This document shows, one piece after another, positions 41,419 through 55,920 of a stretch of DNA of 64,000 nucleotides. This stretch comes from the human T2T-CHM13v2.0 reference genome, Homo sapiens: NCBI RefSeq assembly GCF_009914755.1, contig NC_060947.1; one strand, given 5' to 3'. A program made the translations under genes and the position numbers. Below the pieces are notes generated by a model that was not told the origin of the DNA, did no database searches, and was given only the letters and a program-made list of their open reading frames with translations. How positions within the stretch are numbered: position 1 is the stretch's first letter; each line of letters begins with the position of its first letter.

Positions 41419-43500
41419 TGAGATTTTATTGGGAAAACGAGACCATAAGCAGTGGCTGGATCTTCATTAATCAGCCTGTATTTCATATTACATTTTGTTG
41501 ATTTTAAATTGTTGAAGTTTGAGACAGTAAAATGGTGATCTTATAGGATATACAATGTACCTTTCTACATATACTTCCCACTTAGGAGAGCATATGGAGT
41601 TAGGTATACCAGGCTCTTTTAGCTATAAAATACACTATTCATGTACCTGCCTTTTTCTGATTACAGGCTCGTCAACCTACTTTTTAAAATTGTTTTTATT
41701 CATTTAAATTTTTTGTGGATATATACATAGGTGTATATATTTACCTATTTTCTGATTATGATGTGGATGCCCATTTAGGCACTCCTATTCTGTAAGTTCA
41801 AAGGAGCACTAGAGGTCAAAAGCCATTTTGTCACTTAATAAGAAAAATATCTATTTTTAAATCTTCTCTTACTGTTTTATGAAAGGATAGGACACACACA
41901 AGAATAACTAGAGCATACACCCCAATAATGGGAACTGACCATATGTGATTCAATAAAAAACAAACATATTAACAGCCTTATCTTTCAAATTCATACAGTA
42001 TAGCTCTTTATCCTCAGAGGTTGAAGTCCGTATTTTCATTATGTCTGCCCTTTCTACCTCACTGAACTAAGAGAAAACATACAAATGTGTACTACGAGTC
42101 AATAGTAAAGTAATCCTCCCCTATACTGCAAACTAAGGACGTAGGATTAATAGTTTCTCCCTTAGAGCTAAAAACAGGGGTAGGAGGGATACTATCGTGT
42201 ATAGAAGCAATAAAAAGGGGTTACAGTATTCAGTGTTCAGCCATGCATTATCCAAAGGAGAAGAAACATTTCAAGTCAACTTAATCTGATCCCAACTTCA
42301 CAAACTAACATTTTTGTTGTAATTTGCTTTCCCAAGTACATGTGCTTATCAAGAGCAATATATTTGTCAATTGTATGTGAATATTCTGCTGCTTGTTATA
42401 TCTCATTTAAGATTACTGAATTTCCATTTTTATTTATATATCACTTTTTAAACTTAAAGTTAACTCCTCCCACCCCAATGTGGATCTGCTAGATGATCTG
42501 AGGCAATCAGGCTTCTGCGTCTGCAAAACTGAGTACTAGATTCTGGTTGATAATAAATTCACTGGCAAAAGGCTGTCTTCTGGGTCATTTTTGAGTTTTC
42601 TTGATGGGACCTACCATCCATATTGAAAGATCTCCTGTTTTGGAATTGATGAAATCGATTTAATATTCCCAAAAGCATTTAATTATCAGCTTCTATTGTA
42701 GAACAGCTTCTACCCAAATATCATCTTCAATCCCACCGATTTCACTTTTCCAACTCCTGATTTTAGAGTGTAGTAAAGCCTTGAGAATTGAGAACAGAGG
42801 CTACCATTTCAAAATTGGCATGGCAAAAAGTGTACTTCATAGGCTAGAAGAAGAGTAGAGGTCACAGTGTTATTATCTCTGTAATCTCTACGTCTGGAAG
42901 GTATGACTATGTAGCACCAGAGATAAGAGTCAAAGTTATTGAAGTGTAATGTAATAAAAATATAAATACACTTCTGCCTATCAACTAAAGAAGCAGAAAA
43001 TGAGTAACCATCCAACAGAGGATCTCCCCAGAGTGAAAAATTACAACAGAAGTAGTGGCAGGAATAGATTTCCTGATTTAAATAGTAAACCATGTTGCCT
43101 TTTATAGAGTATATGAATGAAATTGGCAAGAGTAGCTAATTAATTATAGCTGATTACTCTATCAAATCTCTTGGTAGCATAAGCAAAACATTAACTTTTT
43201 ATAATTATTTGGAGTCAATGCACTCCAAATGCAGTATGCTCCATCCATAGGGCATACACATTTTAAAGGCTTTTTTCCTAAAAGTCTTCACTGCAATTTT
43301 AGATACTGGTATTTTGAGAACTAGAATTAAATAAGACAATTCATAATATAGTGCAAGAAGGCTGAACATTTTAAATATATCTACAGTATTGGAAAACTTA
43401 AGATATGTAGTTTTGTATTTTGTGTAGAAATGACAAGTCTCAGATGAAAACATTAAACTCTACCATACTAAAAGCAGTGGTAGTCCAGAAATTTACCAAC

Positions 43501-43619
43501 CTTCAGGATCGAGTAGTTTCTCTATGCCTAATTGATATCTGGCGATGTTGAATGCATGTTCCAGTCGTTGTGTGGCTGACTGCTGGCAAACCACACTATT
43601 CCAGTCAAATAGGTCTGGC
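43501..43619 (-). CDS. DMD: Dystrophin exon 7 (119 nt, phase 2/1), CH2 domain
   Basis: Translates to (R)[39 protein letters not shown](D). Acceptor gtgttttag|GCCAGA, donor CTGAAG|gttggt. In frame with exon 6. Confidence 0.99.
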
Positions 43620-43808
43620 CTAAAACACATACACATACACACATACACAAAGACAAATATAAATCAATCTAGAATGTTCCATGAGATTTACTTCCATGCT
43701 TAATTTTCATTGACAACCAATGCCCATAGTCCTTAAGTCTTGAGTGTAATTCATTTACCCTTTAAAATATTTCTATTTAAACAAGTAATAATTTTAATGG
43801 AAGATCTC

Positions 43809-44136
43809 ATTGGGTGTGGTGGCTCATGCCTGTAATCTCAACAATTTGGGAGACGGAGGTGGGCAGATCCTTTGAGCCCAGAAGTTCAAGACCAGCCTAG
43901 ACAATTTGGTGAAACCTTGTTTCTACCAAAAAAAAAAAAAAAAAAAAAAAAAAAGAAAGAAAGAAAGAAAGAAAGAAAAACTAGCTGGGTGTGGTGTCAC
44001 ATGCCTACAGTTCCAACTACTCAGAAGGCTGAGGTGGGAGGATCACCTGAGCCCAGGGAGGTTGAGGGTTCAGTGAACCATAATCGTGCCACTGTACTCT
44101 AGCCTGGGCAACAGAGTGAGACCCTGTATCAAAAAA
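43809..44136 (+). mobile_element. AluJ with expanded A/(AAAG)n linker
   Basis: Dimer with J-type features (gagcccagaagttcaag, ggaggatcacctgagccc). Confidence 0.9.
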
Positions 44137-44299
44137 GAATGCTGAGGATGTATACCTTAAATACATACAACGTTTATTTGTCAATTATACAGCAATAAAG
44201 ATGTGGGGAAAAAAGAAAATCCTGAAGATGACAAATAATCTACGCTAGCTTATCCAAGCAACAAAAATTTATCTATCTCATCCAGTCTCGTGGATTTCA

Positions 44300-45610
44300 A
44301 TACCAGCCATTTACTGGTAATGCCCAGTTTTATATGTCTAACCCAGACCTCTTCCCTAAACTTCAAATTATAGATTCTTCTAAACACTCATTATCTCCAT
44401 TTAGTAATCACAAGCTTCAAGTGTCCTGAACTGAGCTTCTGATGTTTATCCTCATCATACTCCCCCAAACCTACCTACTTTTCTTGCTGTTCTCCCTTCC
44501 TCAATAATGAACAATGTGTTTAAAATTGCAGTTGCTCAGATAAAAACCCTTGGAGTCATCCTTAATGACTATTTTACTCTCACACAACATTTAATTCAAA
44601 ATGTATTCAGAATTTGACTGCTTCTGACTATCCTCACTGCCATCACTCTAGTCCAAAATCCATTTTATCTTGCATGAATTATCACAATAGCCTCATAACT
44701 CTTCTCTCACTCTTGCCTGCGTTAATCAGTGCATAGCAGAGTTGCCAGAGTGATCTGTTAACATGTTTCATCATATCCGTCTTCTCAAATCTCTGCTTTA
44801 GGGGAAGTACAAATTACGTATTTCATGTGATCTACGAAGTCCAACAGGGTCCAGGTCCCTATTAACTCTCTGATTTTATTTCTTGTCTCTTTCCTCATAT
44901 TCCATAAACAGGATCCATAGTTTCCTGCACTTGGATTTGGAATTCGCTTTTCGAAGACATAAACATGGCTCACTCCTTTACTTCCATTGGGTCTTTACTC
45001 GAAAATCACATCACTGATAAGTTCTTCCCTGCCCAAGCCCTATCTAAAATTGCATGCTGGCCAGGCACCTTGGCTCACACCTGTAAACCAAGCACTTTGG
45101 GAGGCTGAGGCTGAAGGATTTGCTTGAGGCCAGGAGTTAGAGACCAACCTGAACCACATAGTGAGACCTGGTCTCTACAACTTATTAAAAAAAAAAAAAA
45201 AAAATAGCCAAGTGTGCTGGCATGCCCCTGTGGTCCCAGCTACTCAGGAGGCTGAGGTTGGAGAATCACTTGAGCCTGGGTGGCTATAGTGAGCCATGAT
45301 TGTACCACTGCACTCCAGCCTGGGTGACTGAGGAAGAACCAGTCTCCTAAATAGATAAATGAAAGAAAACTGCATGCCTCAAATCAAACTCACATATACT
45401 TATTTTCTTTCTCCTTATCTGCTTTATACTATTCTCATTAACACTTACTATTTAACGTATTATATAATTTAATTAAATTTCTCTGTGTATCTTTCTCTTC
45501 CACTAGAATGTACAATCTTTTATTGCCTATTTTGTTCACTGCTGGAAACCTAGCCTGACACAAAATAAAGGCTCAACAAATATTTATCAACTACACGAGA
45601 GAATGGATGA
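44300..45610 (+). mobile_element. L2 fragment interrupted by an AluJ
   Basis: aaacccttggagtcatcctt, gccagagtgatc, cactagaatgta, ggctcaacaaatattt. Confidence 0.75.
45059..45365 (+). mobile_element. AluJ
   Basis: Dimer; TSD-like aaaattgcatgc / aaaactgcatgc. Confidence 0.9.
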
Positions 45611-46099
45611 GCACATGAAACTTACATACCATGTTACTTGATAATAGAGAAAATGCAAAGGAGTGTAAGAGGCAGTTCTTGTCTTATAAGGATTTTAAAT
45701 TTAATGAGCAAGAAAAATGAAGAAGCCATATGAATTAATTAAACTCTAAATGTGAAAAAACACAGACAATAAGAAAATGTTTTGTAAAATCTGAAGCGGT
45801 CAAGAAAGTTTTCTGAGGCTGAAAGACAGATTAAATAGACGTTTCGACTTGCATTAAAAAAAATGTATTGATAATAGAATTCTAAGTTGTGTGAGCGTTA
45901 GAGAATTAAAGTTCTTAGGGAAGGAAAAAAGCAAAACATGCTCAGATAATCAAGACCTCACAGGCCTGGCTCCATTGGAAGATTCTAAGTATCAAGTGGT
46001 GGGAGATAGGTTTAAAAGAAAGAAACTGGCTGAGTTTGCATAAGGTGTTGGCTGTTAACGTATTATAATTTATCCCAACAGCACTGGAAGTCATTAGTC

Positions 46100-46258
46100 A
46101 AGTGGTTCTTCACCTATTCTGAATCACAGACACCTTTGAGAATCTGTTGAGAGCTATGAAACTTCTACTCCTACAAAAAAACTCTCCATATCTGTGAACA
46201 GAGTCTACATACAGTTTTAGAATATTTGAATCTATTAATGGACTCCTGTTTAAGAGCT
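46100..46258. mobile_element. hAT-Charlie-type MITE remnant
   Basis: agtggttctt..tcacagacacctttgagaatctg..agctatg resembles MER117-like elements; family uncertain. Confidence 0.45.
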
Positions 46259-46358
46259 CATGCTATGCAAAAACAAAAAAACAAAATAACGAAAAAAACA
46301 AAAAAAAAGTTACAAAGGTAGTTTAGCTGTTATTTTTCTAAAACTGTAATTCAAAATT

Positions 46359-46659
46359 GGCCAGGCGCAGTGGCTCCCGCCTATACTCCCAGCACTTTGG
46401 GAGGCCGAGACGGGTCAATCACCTGAGGCCAGGATTTCGAGACCAGCCTGGACAACATGGTAAAACCCCGACACTACTAAAAATACAAAAATTAGCAGGG
46501 CATGGTGGCTCGTGCCTATAGTCCCAGCTACTCAGGAGGCTGAGGCAGTAGAATCGCTTGAACCTGGGAAGTGGAGGTTGCAGTGAGCCAAGGTTGGCCC
46601 ACTGCGCTCTAGCCTGTGCAACAGAGCGAGACTCCGTCTCAAAAAAATACATAAATAAA
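46359..46659 (+). mobile_element. AluS (Sx/Sz-like)
   Basis: Full dimer with A tail. Confidence 0.92.
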
Positions 46660-47394
46660 GGTATAGGTTTATTGGTTTCTTCTTAATTGCTTCTACTCTA
46701 GTTAATACACCAGAATTTTTACAATTATTAGGAAATCGAATCCCTCCATATTTTCCAATACCCCTAACAGCTAACAAGCTTATGGAAACTAGCTTATTTA
46801 CAAATTGGATAATGCCTTTGTTATGAAAAATATATAAAAAAATTTAAAAATTGTAGAATATTTAGGGGACTTTTAAGTTCACTATGCGCACTCTGCCTTA
46901 TCTTCATTTTTTTCTGTAGGCAATGGGAGTAAAAAAAGGACATAGGTGGGAACATATGAGAAACTAGTTTTCTCATCTATGGCATAGTATACAAGGTTAA
47001 ATTGAGTATGATGAGAAAAAAGAGCATTGCTTATGCATTCGTGCTGTATTCCCTTGTCTTACCTTCCCCATTTCCTTGGCCACTAACTAACCAACTGAGT
47101 GTGTGGATATCTTATCTAAGTCATATAATTTATTTGAGCTTTGGCATTCTCATTCAAAAAGCATTGAACCAAAAGGCCTTTGAGGTCACGTCTAGCATTA
47201 AAAATGAATTGAATTCTTTTATACTATTAAAATTAATTAACATTTTAAATATCTATGACTTTCAAATGCATAAAAATTGTAAAACTAACCAACTATGAAG
47301 GAAACCCACACAGCATTTAATGTTAACCTGGACCATAATTTATTGACTTGCAACCAAGGATCACCAGATTTTTAATTAAATCAACACCATGATT

Positions 47395-47590
47395 AGGATA
47401 GTGTAAATTTAAATCCTAGCTCTACCACATGTTAGCCAAACAGTTTTAGGTAAATTACGTAACCTCTCTATGACTCAATTTATCTATTTGTGAGATGGGT
47501 AAAATGACAGCATCTACGTCATGGAACTTGATTGAATATTTTACCTAGAACGGTGTCTACAAAATAATAATTGTTTAAAAACATTCGTTT
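47395..47590 (+). mobile_element. MIR
   Basis: aaatcctagctctaccac..taacctctcta..ctcaattt..gtgagatggg. Confidence 0.6.
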
Positions 47591-49487
47591 CTATTATTTT
47601 GCTGTAATGTTAATTACATTTATATAAGAAGAGTGATGTATTTTCAATTTACAGACTCAAGCCAAAAACACCTATCTTTACAGAACTGATATAAATGTTA
47701 CAAATACTACTGATGCAAACAGAATGTAATCCGAAATGGGAGGTGGAGAAGAGGCGAGAGTAAGAATGTGTGATGATTTTCTCGTTTTTCATATTGGTCA
47801 AAAGTTCCTTTCTAAACTTGGTAAAAATTTAAAATGAGGTATACTCATACCATTTAATGTAATAAAAGCAAAAATTACAACTATAAAATGATTATAAGTA
47901 ATAAAATTAGGAAATACCTGGGGATGAAACATAATATGGCTGGTTTTCATACTATGGAGTAAATACCTATACTGTTAGAAATTAGTTTGTCAACAAGTAG
48001 AAACATTATCACACATATTATTATAACCAGCAGGAACCAAAGTACAAGTAGCTGACAGTGACTGCATCTAAGAATTGAAATAAGGTAAGTTAAGATTGGG
48101 GTCATGAAGACACATTGTGTTTCTGTTTTCCCTTTGCTCCTGATTCTAGTGTTCATTTGCTTCTAATTTGCTGTGGTAATACACTAAAATAAGGATTTAG
48201 GAAGACAATTGTAACTTTATAGTTATTGTAATTTTATCTGCATCTTTTGTACATATTTCTAAGCAATTATCATTGGGTTTTAACACAAAAAGTAGAAATC
48301 TGGCTTCCTTTGAAGGGTATTGTAGTGGACTTTGCGTTTTATCACACAACTTTTAACTGCCATGACACTTAGTCAATCCTTATGCTCTATATTAACTACA
48401 TGTCTTTGTTCTGTATAGTTGAACCACTCAATTATTGAAATGAGGGCACCTCATGACATTCCTAATTGTGCCAACGACAATCGCTATGGAACAGAGAGTT
48501 CAACCATTTTTTTCTTTAGATAAAGAATATGAACATCTGCCAAATACAAAAAGAAGGGGGAGATGATTCATGAAAGAACATTAAACAACTGTGAAGAACC
48601 TCTTGAAAAGTAACCATGTAATACATAAAGAGAGTTACTGATGATTCATCCAATATGACAGGAGAGAGTATATAAATGAGGATATTTTGACAGAGAAAGA
48701 GTGGGTCAGGGACAGATAAAACAGGGCAATTTGGGTATGTTTACTGTATTACCTACAAATGTATTCAGAAATCATTAAATAGAATATTAACAAATATAGA
48801 GTGGGAACATGCTTGCAGGATTGAAGTCTTCCACTTGAAGGGAAAAACGTTAGAGAGCCAACAAGGACCACATAACCTGATCCTTGATATTTTTATTCAT
48901 CTGCAAATGTGTACATGAACAGCAAAATCAATATTTTCGGGCCCTTAGTGTTAAGCATGTGGCTGCATAAATGAGCATTGACTTAAAACACAGACAGAAT
49001 GTCTCTATCCCTTCTCATCTAACTGTATTGAGGCTGTGGAAACATTTTCTTCTGTCATACGAGAAACAATGTGTTAACGCTGCTTAACGTGACATTTGAA
49101 TGCATGTCTGCCTCTGTTCTAAATCAGGTTGCTGAGTAATTCACCTGGAAACCCAGTCGGGATGGGGTTAATTAAATCCAGCTGGAGCAAGACACCTGAC
49201 AAAGATGCTTATTTGAAATGTGTTTGCTCTTGGACTGAGCTTTACCTTAGAGAAAATTAATATTCTTAGCTTTTCTAGAAGCAGGATTGGCATAGGAAAA
49301 TGGTAGAGTGGTCAAAAAAAAAAAAAAATCAAAGTGAGAAAACATAACTTGCACTGAAAATTAGGCAAGATGCAGTCCAGTGACATTTTAAACAGTTAAT
49401 TAGGCAATGCATTTAGCCCTGGGTTGGGTAAATGAAACGGGTAACAGGAAGACCAAAATAAAGTGACTGTAGTCCCTCTCTCTCAAA

Positions 49488-49502
49488 TACACACACACAA
49501 GC

Positions 49503-49545
<43 letters not shown>

Positions 49546-49635
49546 TATATATACATATATAGAGTATAAATGGTGTAGTATATATGGCATATAGTATATA
49601 TTGTATCTCTAAGTGTATGTGTACATATACATATG
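49488..49635. repeat. (CA)n/(TA)n compound simple repeat
   Basis: Direct reading. Confidence 0.9.
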
Positions 49636-50475
49636 TATTTCCTACACTGCTTTGCTTTTTCTTGAACTGTTATTAATTCATTTACTGAACTTTACACAAG
49701 AAAAGCAAAAAAAATCTTTTTCATCTTAAGAAATATAATGTTGAATGGAATATAGTTAAGGACTTTGGTTCACTGTATTACAGTGAATTCTTTTTATTAA
49801 AATCCACAAAAGATCTCTCTCTTGCTTTATAGCAATTGATTTGCTGTTCCAGTGCAATTGTTTCTGTTGGTATTCAAAACATTGTGTCATATAATTAATT
49901 GTGTTCTGCTCTTTGTCTTGGTTACTAAAAATGCTCTGAGCATCTTATGACCCTGAACTAGAACAAAGTATACAGGGCTTTATGGTGTTTGATATCAAAG
50001 TGTGTATCTGATAAGACAGATGTTTCTTTCTCCACACTACGTATCTGATGATGGTAATTAATTTAACTACAACTACTCACATGAGATCTAGTATCATTTT
50101 TACCTGTATAGTTTAGGCTTATACAAACACATTATCTGTATAAAAAGACCAACACCATTCTCGGCAAAGTTAGAATACAACCTGGATTTACTGGGATTCC
50201 CAGTGTCAAACATATTGATACTCTCCCCCTCCACTATAACCACTTTCACGCTCCGCTAATGTTAATGTTTCAACAACTGAATTATATGTATCCCATAGAA
50301 CACTGGAAAATATTCTTAATTAGTTCATTCCAATGGAACGTTAGATCAATGTGGTCAATGTACATAACATGTTGTAAAGTAGGACATGATCTGGAACCAT
50401 ACTGGGGAAAAATATGTCATCAGAGTCTAAATCACCACTTTTACAAGTTATTTAATGTCTCAGTAATCTTCTTAC

Positions 50476-50648
50476 CTATGACTATGGATGAGAGCATTCA
50501 AAGCCAGGCCATCAGACCAGCTGGTGGTGAAGTTGATTACATTAACCTGTGGATAATTACGAGTTGATTGTCGGACCCAGCTCAGGAGAATCTTTTCACT
50601 GTTGGTTTGTTGCAATCCAGCCATGATATTTTTCATTACATTTTTGAC
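50476..50648 (-). CDS. DMD: Dystrophin exon 6 (173 nt, phase 0/2)
   Basis: Translates to [57 protein letters not shown](R). Acceptor catgtag|GTCAAA, donor CATAG|gtaaga. In frame with exon 5. Confidence 0.99.
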
Positions 50649-52671
50649 CTACATGTGGAAATAAATTTTCATAAGAAAATGCATTCCTTGAGCAAGAACC
50701 ATGCAAACTTAAATATGAATGTCCTTGATCTTCAGTGATAAATAGAAATTTTAGGGCCAATTAGTAATGAGACATAATAGATTCTACCAGAAGTTAAGTC
50801 TATTCTCAAAGGCTAGGAGTCTATTCTGATTCATTGGTATCTATGCCATACCATTTACTGAATGTGTTCACTATTACTCCTGGATTCTGCCATATTAGAC
50901 CCAACATTTACTGTTTATAGAATTGCTCACCTTCTAGCTTTCAATGAACAAGCTAGAGAAGACAGTGTATAAAACATTAGACTTATTGTTAACCAAGGAC
51001 TTAAGATATAAAAGCGCTTTTTGGATAGGAGGAATACTATAGATAATTGTTTTTTAAAGTATATGTTCAAATTTTGCCTTTGCTATTAATTGTGGTAATT
51101 GGACAAGTTGCTTAACCTCTTCTAGGCCTCATTTCTGTGTATCTTACATGCAAGGTTAGTGTAAGATCAAAGTACAAAATATGGTCAGATAAAACCCCTG
51201 ATTTCATACCATCATTTAACGCAAGCTATATTTATTGGCTGAACTGAAAAGAAGACAGAAATGTTTGCCTACCTAAAATAAAGAAAAAAAACAACAAAGG
51301 AAGGAAATATTTATCCCTAAGAGGTGTACATATGTAGCCTTGGTTCTATTTTCATTACTTGGTTTCCATGTATTTGATTGTCTCATAGGCTTCGTGCATG
51401 TGCAGATGTTATTCAACAGATTATCAAGTTTAATTCTTCTGAGTCATCTGATGCAGAAATCCATTCTAAGCATTTTTTCTAAGTTTCATGAATGCAGTGA
51501 CGCTTCATAGAAAAAACTGTCTACATCTTTTATTAAAGAATTATTATTTATTAAAGACTGCTTTTTAAATATAAGCCCCTTATGAGATGCTGGAAGAAGA
51601 CATCTATGTAAAAGTGATCAGTCTGTACCACTAAGCACTTTCCTTCTGGGAAGGTTAAGGTTCATATACTATCAACATTTGATCAGATGATGAATATTTA
51701 TTGTGCATTCTAAATATGACAATTTTATTTTTTCATCCATATAGAAGTTAACAAATGCCTTTGGGGTAAATGCATATTTTAACATCTCCAATGTTAGTCA
51801 TCTTTTTATTAAAAAGTAAATGCAAATTTTAGGATATACTACTAAATCTCATTTTAACATACTTTTAAAAGATTTGAGATGATGCTTTGTAAACACAGTA
51901 ACGATTCGGAGATATGAAATCTTTGCATGTATCTGTCACAATCCCTTGATAACTAAGCCTATTATTTAGGAGTGGATTATCCAAGTTTTCCTAATTCCTT
52001 CTTGACCTACTTATTTAGTCAGTTACTCAGTGAATACAGGTCAAATAATTACGTAATTTGTCTCATATTCTAAAATTATAAATTGCTCAACCTTTATGTA
52101 CAGTGACTGCAGGAGGTGTATTTTGTGTCCTGTGCTAAATTACGGTTGGAATCAGCAGATAGTGGCTTAATGGTGGTAATGGATTTGCAATAATCAAGCA
52201 ATCCTCCAATGATGAATGTGATTCATTTGTGAAATGCTTGGCCAGTCTGCCCTCTATGTGCATAACGTTAAAGGACAACAAAGTATTCAATCCAAAACTC
52301 CTTTATAGCATCATTATGTCACTAATTCAGCTTATCAGCCTCAGCCTCGCTGTTATTGCTTCTACTTAGGTGCAAATGTTGCTCAGACAAAAAAAAATAA
52401 TAAAGGGCAATGTATGATAATCATGTCTCCTTTTCCTACATAAAAGGCAGTTATCAAAAAATCATTGAGCTGGTCCCCAAAGGTGAGCCTGTAAACAGAA
52501 AACTGTCCCGTCCTCAGGTCTCACTGTCTCTAAAGGAGGCTCAATTTAAACAGATGTATTTGTGTGTGTGCGCGCATACAACTATAAATCAATTTTTAAA
52601 AGGAAAAAAGTTGAAATGTCTTTGAGCAGTGATTTTTAAAAATGACTAGGAGTTAACTGGGCCAAGAAGGC

Positions 52672-53110
52672 ATGATGGACATGGAGGTGCACCACCAAGA
52701 TTGACCTTCAAGGAAGGGCTTGTTGCTCCAGCTGTGGTCAGGCAGCTTCTAGTTGTTAGTTCTCTCAGGTACCACCTGAGTTGCAGAGTCCTGCCAGCCA
52801 ATGTCACACCCTCTCTAGGGCAACCCACTACTATTGACTGATGAAGGGGCAGAGTATAAACACTCAGCCATTTTAACCCCATTTGAGACAACTCTGAGGG
52901 GTCATCCTAGCTGCAAGTTGTCTATGGGGTTTGAATAAGCGTGTCATAGGGTCTACGTCACAGCTCTAGTTCTTCCTCTTTCCACTCCTGTCACCTCTGC
53001 CCTTCTACAGGTGTTTTTTTTTTTTTTTTTTTTTCCAGGGCATGGCTTAATAAACATGCTGCCTGCCAAACTCAACTCCGAAGTCTACTCCCCAGAACCC
53101 AGACTGTGAT
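52672..53110 (+). mobile_element. LTR16-like ERVL solo LTR
   Basis: catggaggtgc..ccttcaagg start; aataaac..ccaaactc..ccccagaaccc end. Confidence 0.6.
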
Positions 53111-54165
53111 TAAAAGAAGTTGCAGCAGAGGAATAGAAATGAAGAGGGTAGGAATAATCTTATATGGTAAGGATAGTTTCTGTGAAGCTCTGCAGAAGAG
53201 CAGAGCAAGAACTGTCTTGCACAGAAGTGACTTGGTAGGCAGGAATTTACAGGGATGGCTTTCAGCAGTGCGAACGTCATCATTCTCCTGTAATTGCAAA
53301 TTGTATCAATAATATGAACATTCTAAAGTGAATTAGCGTTGCCATTAAGTACATCCCTTGAATTGTCCAGTAAAAGTATGGACCTGACTTCTGATAGCTC
53401 ACCACTGTTAGCAAGATTTGTTATTACAACCAGCTGGTTGCCAGAGCCAAGTTTAGCACTCCGAAAAAAAAAGAATTGCACTTAAGAAGGAAGAAAAAGA
53501 TGCCAAACACATGTTATATGCTTTGCAATTTTGTTCAAACCTGCCTATGTTACAAAATATGCGTTACTGTTTTAGGCTAGCAATTTTATTTGAGATGGAC
53601 AGTAGAAAAACAGTAATAGGAAAACAGAGTTTGCATTCCTGAGTTTTCACAAGTTCAATGAGAAGTCCTCCATGGCACTATTAATAACATAGTATGTTGC
53701 ATTAGAAAAAGGGGCCAACATGGTTCTATCTGTAAATGCCGCTCGTTATCTGATAGATCTAGAATGTACATTAAGTTGACCAAAATGTCCTTTAATCTTT
53801 GCTGAAATTCAAGGGCTTCTACCATTTAATAGGAAGAAAATATGTAATGTTGGTGTAAAAAAAAAAAAAAAAAAGAAAAACACATTTTTAGATTCACTGG
53901 ATTATGATGAACACTGAGCAAGATAATTTTTCAAAGTGTGCTTAATAGTTTTAGAACAGGGCAGTGTGATATAAGAGAGATGAGATAAGTAAGCAGAGGC
54001 TGGGAAGAGTCTACAGTCTTGCAGTCTCAAGGATATGGTGATTCAAGGGCATAAATGAAAAACAACAGGCTATAAGAGAGGTCTCAGACAAAGAAAGATT
54101 TAAAAAGCATTCCTTCTGATATTCCTCATTGCAAAAGCGCCTCCACATGCTAATAATGAAAAATG

Positions 54166-54532
<367 letters not shown>

Positions 54533-55310
54533 TTATCTTGGACTAGTTCAGATGGAGTTGGAAAGGGCTTCAGGATATTTTTAAAAATGGTAAGATCATA
54601 TAAGAAGTAGTATAAACAATAAATACAGTTCAGAGTGCCTTTTGGAGCTCTGTGCATGCTTGAGTTCTTCTGCTGGCTTTGTCAAAACTTACATCTGTCT
54701 TACGCAAAGCGGGATCTGCAAACTGGATTCACTCTAGGAATTATTTGTTACTATGCCATAAGATAAAGTCAACAATTCAGAGTGCATCAAGAAACTTATG
54801 TAGCGATTTTACAGAGTACCATTTATGTCTAATGTATTTAATAATAAAGGAGGAAGCATGGGTGTTGGGCATCTTATTTTTGTAACGCTTTGGTTTTATT
54901 CTATCTTACATACAATGGATTAGGGGAAAAGTGTTCCTTCCTCAAGATATTTTGAGAAGTACTGAGCAACATATGAAAAGCAGTTTGGGGAGAGATGCGG
55001 TATGTTGCTTGCTGGTTCTATTTGACACCATCACTATATGGAACGGGCTGAAAATCGGCCAACTTGGGCTCACTTAAGGCTCCTATGAGCTATTCTTTGT
55101 TGCCAGCACATATTAATTCCCGCTCTTTCTCTTCCCCTCTCCCCGCTTACTGTTGTGAAGTAGCATTAAGCCTGTTCAGAGAATTTGGAATAAAAATATA
55201 TGGGGGCCAATTAGGAGAGCAACATGGCTGCTGAATTTAATAGGTACTCTTTGTGTCTACTCACTATTTGACTCTGAGCAAGAGCAATCTACAATTCAAG
55301 TTAAAATTCA

Positions 55311-55690
<380 letters not shown>

Positions 55691-55699
55691 CTATTACCC

Positions 55700-55920
55700 T
55701 CATTGCAAGAAGCCAGACACAAAAGAACATGTATTATATTGATATAAAATATCCAAAAAGGCAAATACATATGGACAGAAATAGATTGACAATTGCCTAG
55801 GGCTGGGGTGGGAGTGAAAAATGACTGTAAATGGAGAAGAAACTTCTTTTTAAGGTGGTGGAAAAGTGCCAAAATTAGATCGCTATGATGGCTATATAAC
55901 TCTGTAAATATCCTGCAAAT
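55700..55920 (+). mobile_element. Old L1 (L1ME/MC-type) 3' fragment
   Basis: aagaagccagacacaaaaga..aggcaaa..ttgcctagggctggg. Confidence 0.6.

Larger units (their letters stand above)
43620..50475 (-). other. DMD: DMD intron 6 (6856 nt)
   Basis: GT..AG between exons 6 and 7. Confidence 0.98.

Noticed and set aside
42480-42810. Non-repeat-looking stretch checked as a possible pseudogene or hidden exon
   Set aside because: The minus-strand frames I translated contain stops and resemble nothing I recognise.
50259-50567. 102-aa plus-strand ORF overlapping exon 6 antisense
   Set aside because: No recognisable protein or promoter evidence; the length is expected by chance.
52200-52260. ATGATGA box C-like motif suggesting a snoRNA
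   Set aside because: It is antisense to the host transcript, with no suitably placed box D or terminal stem.
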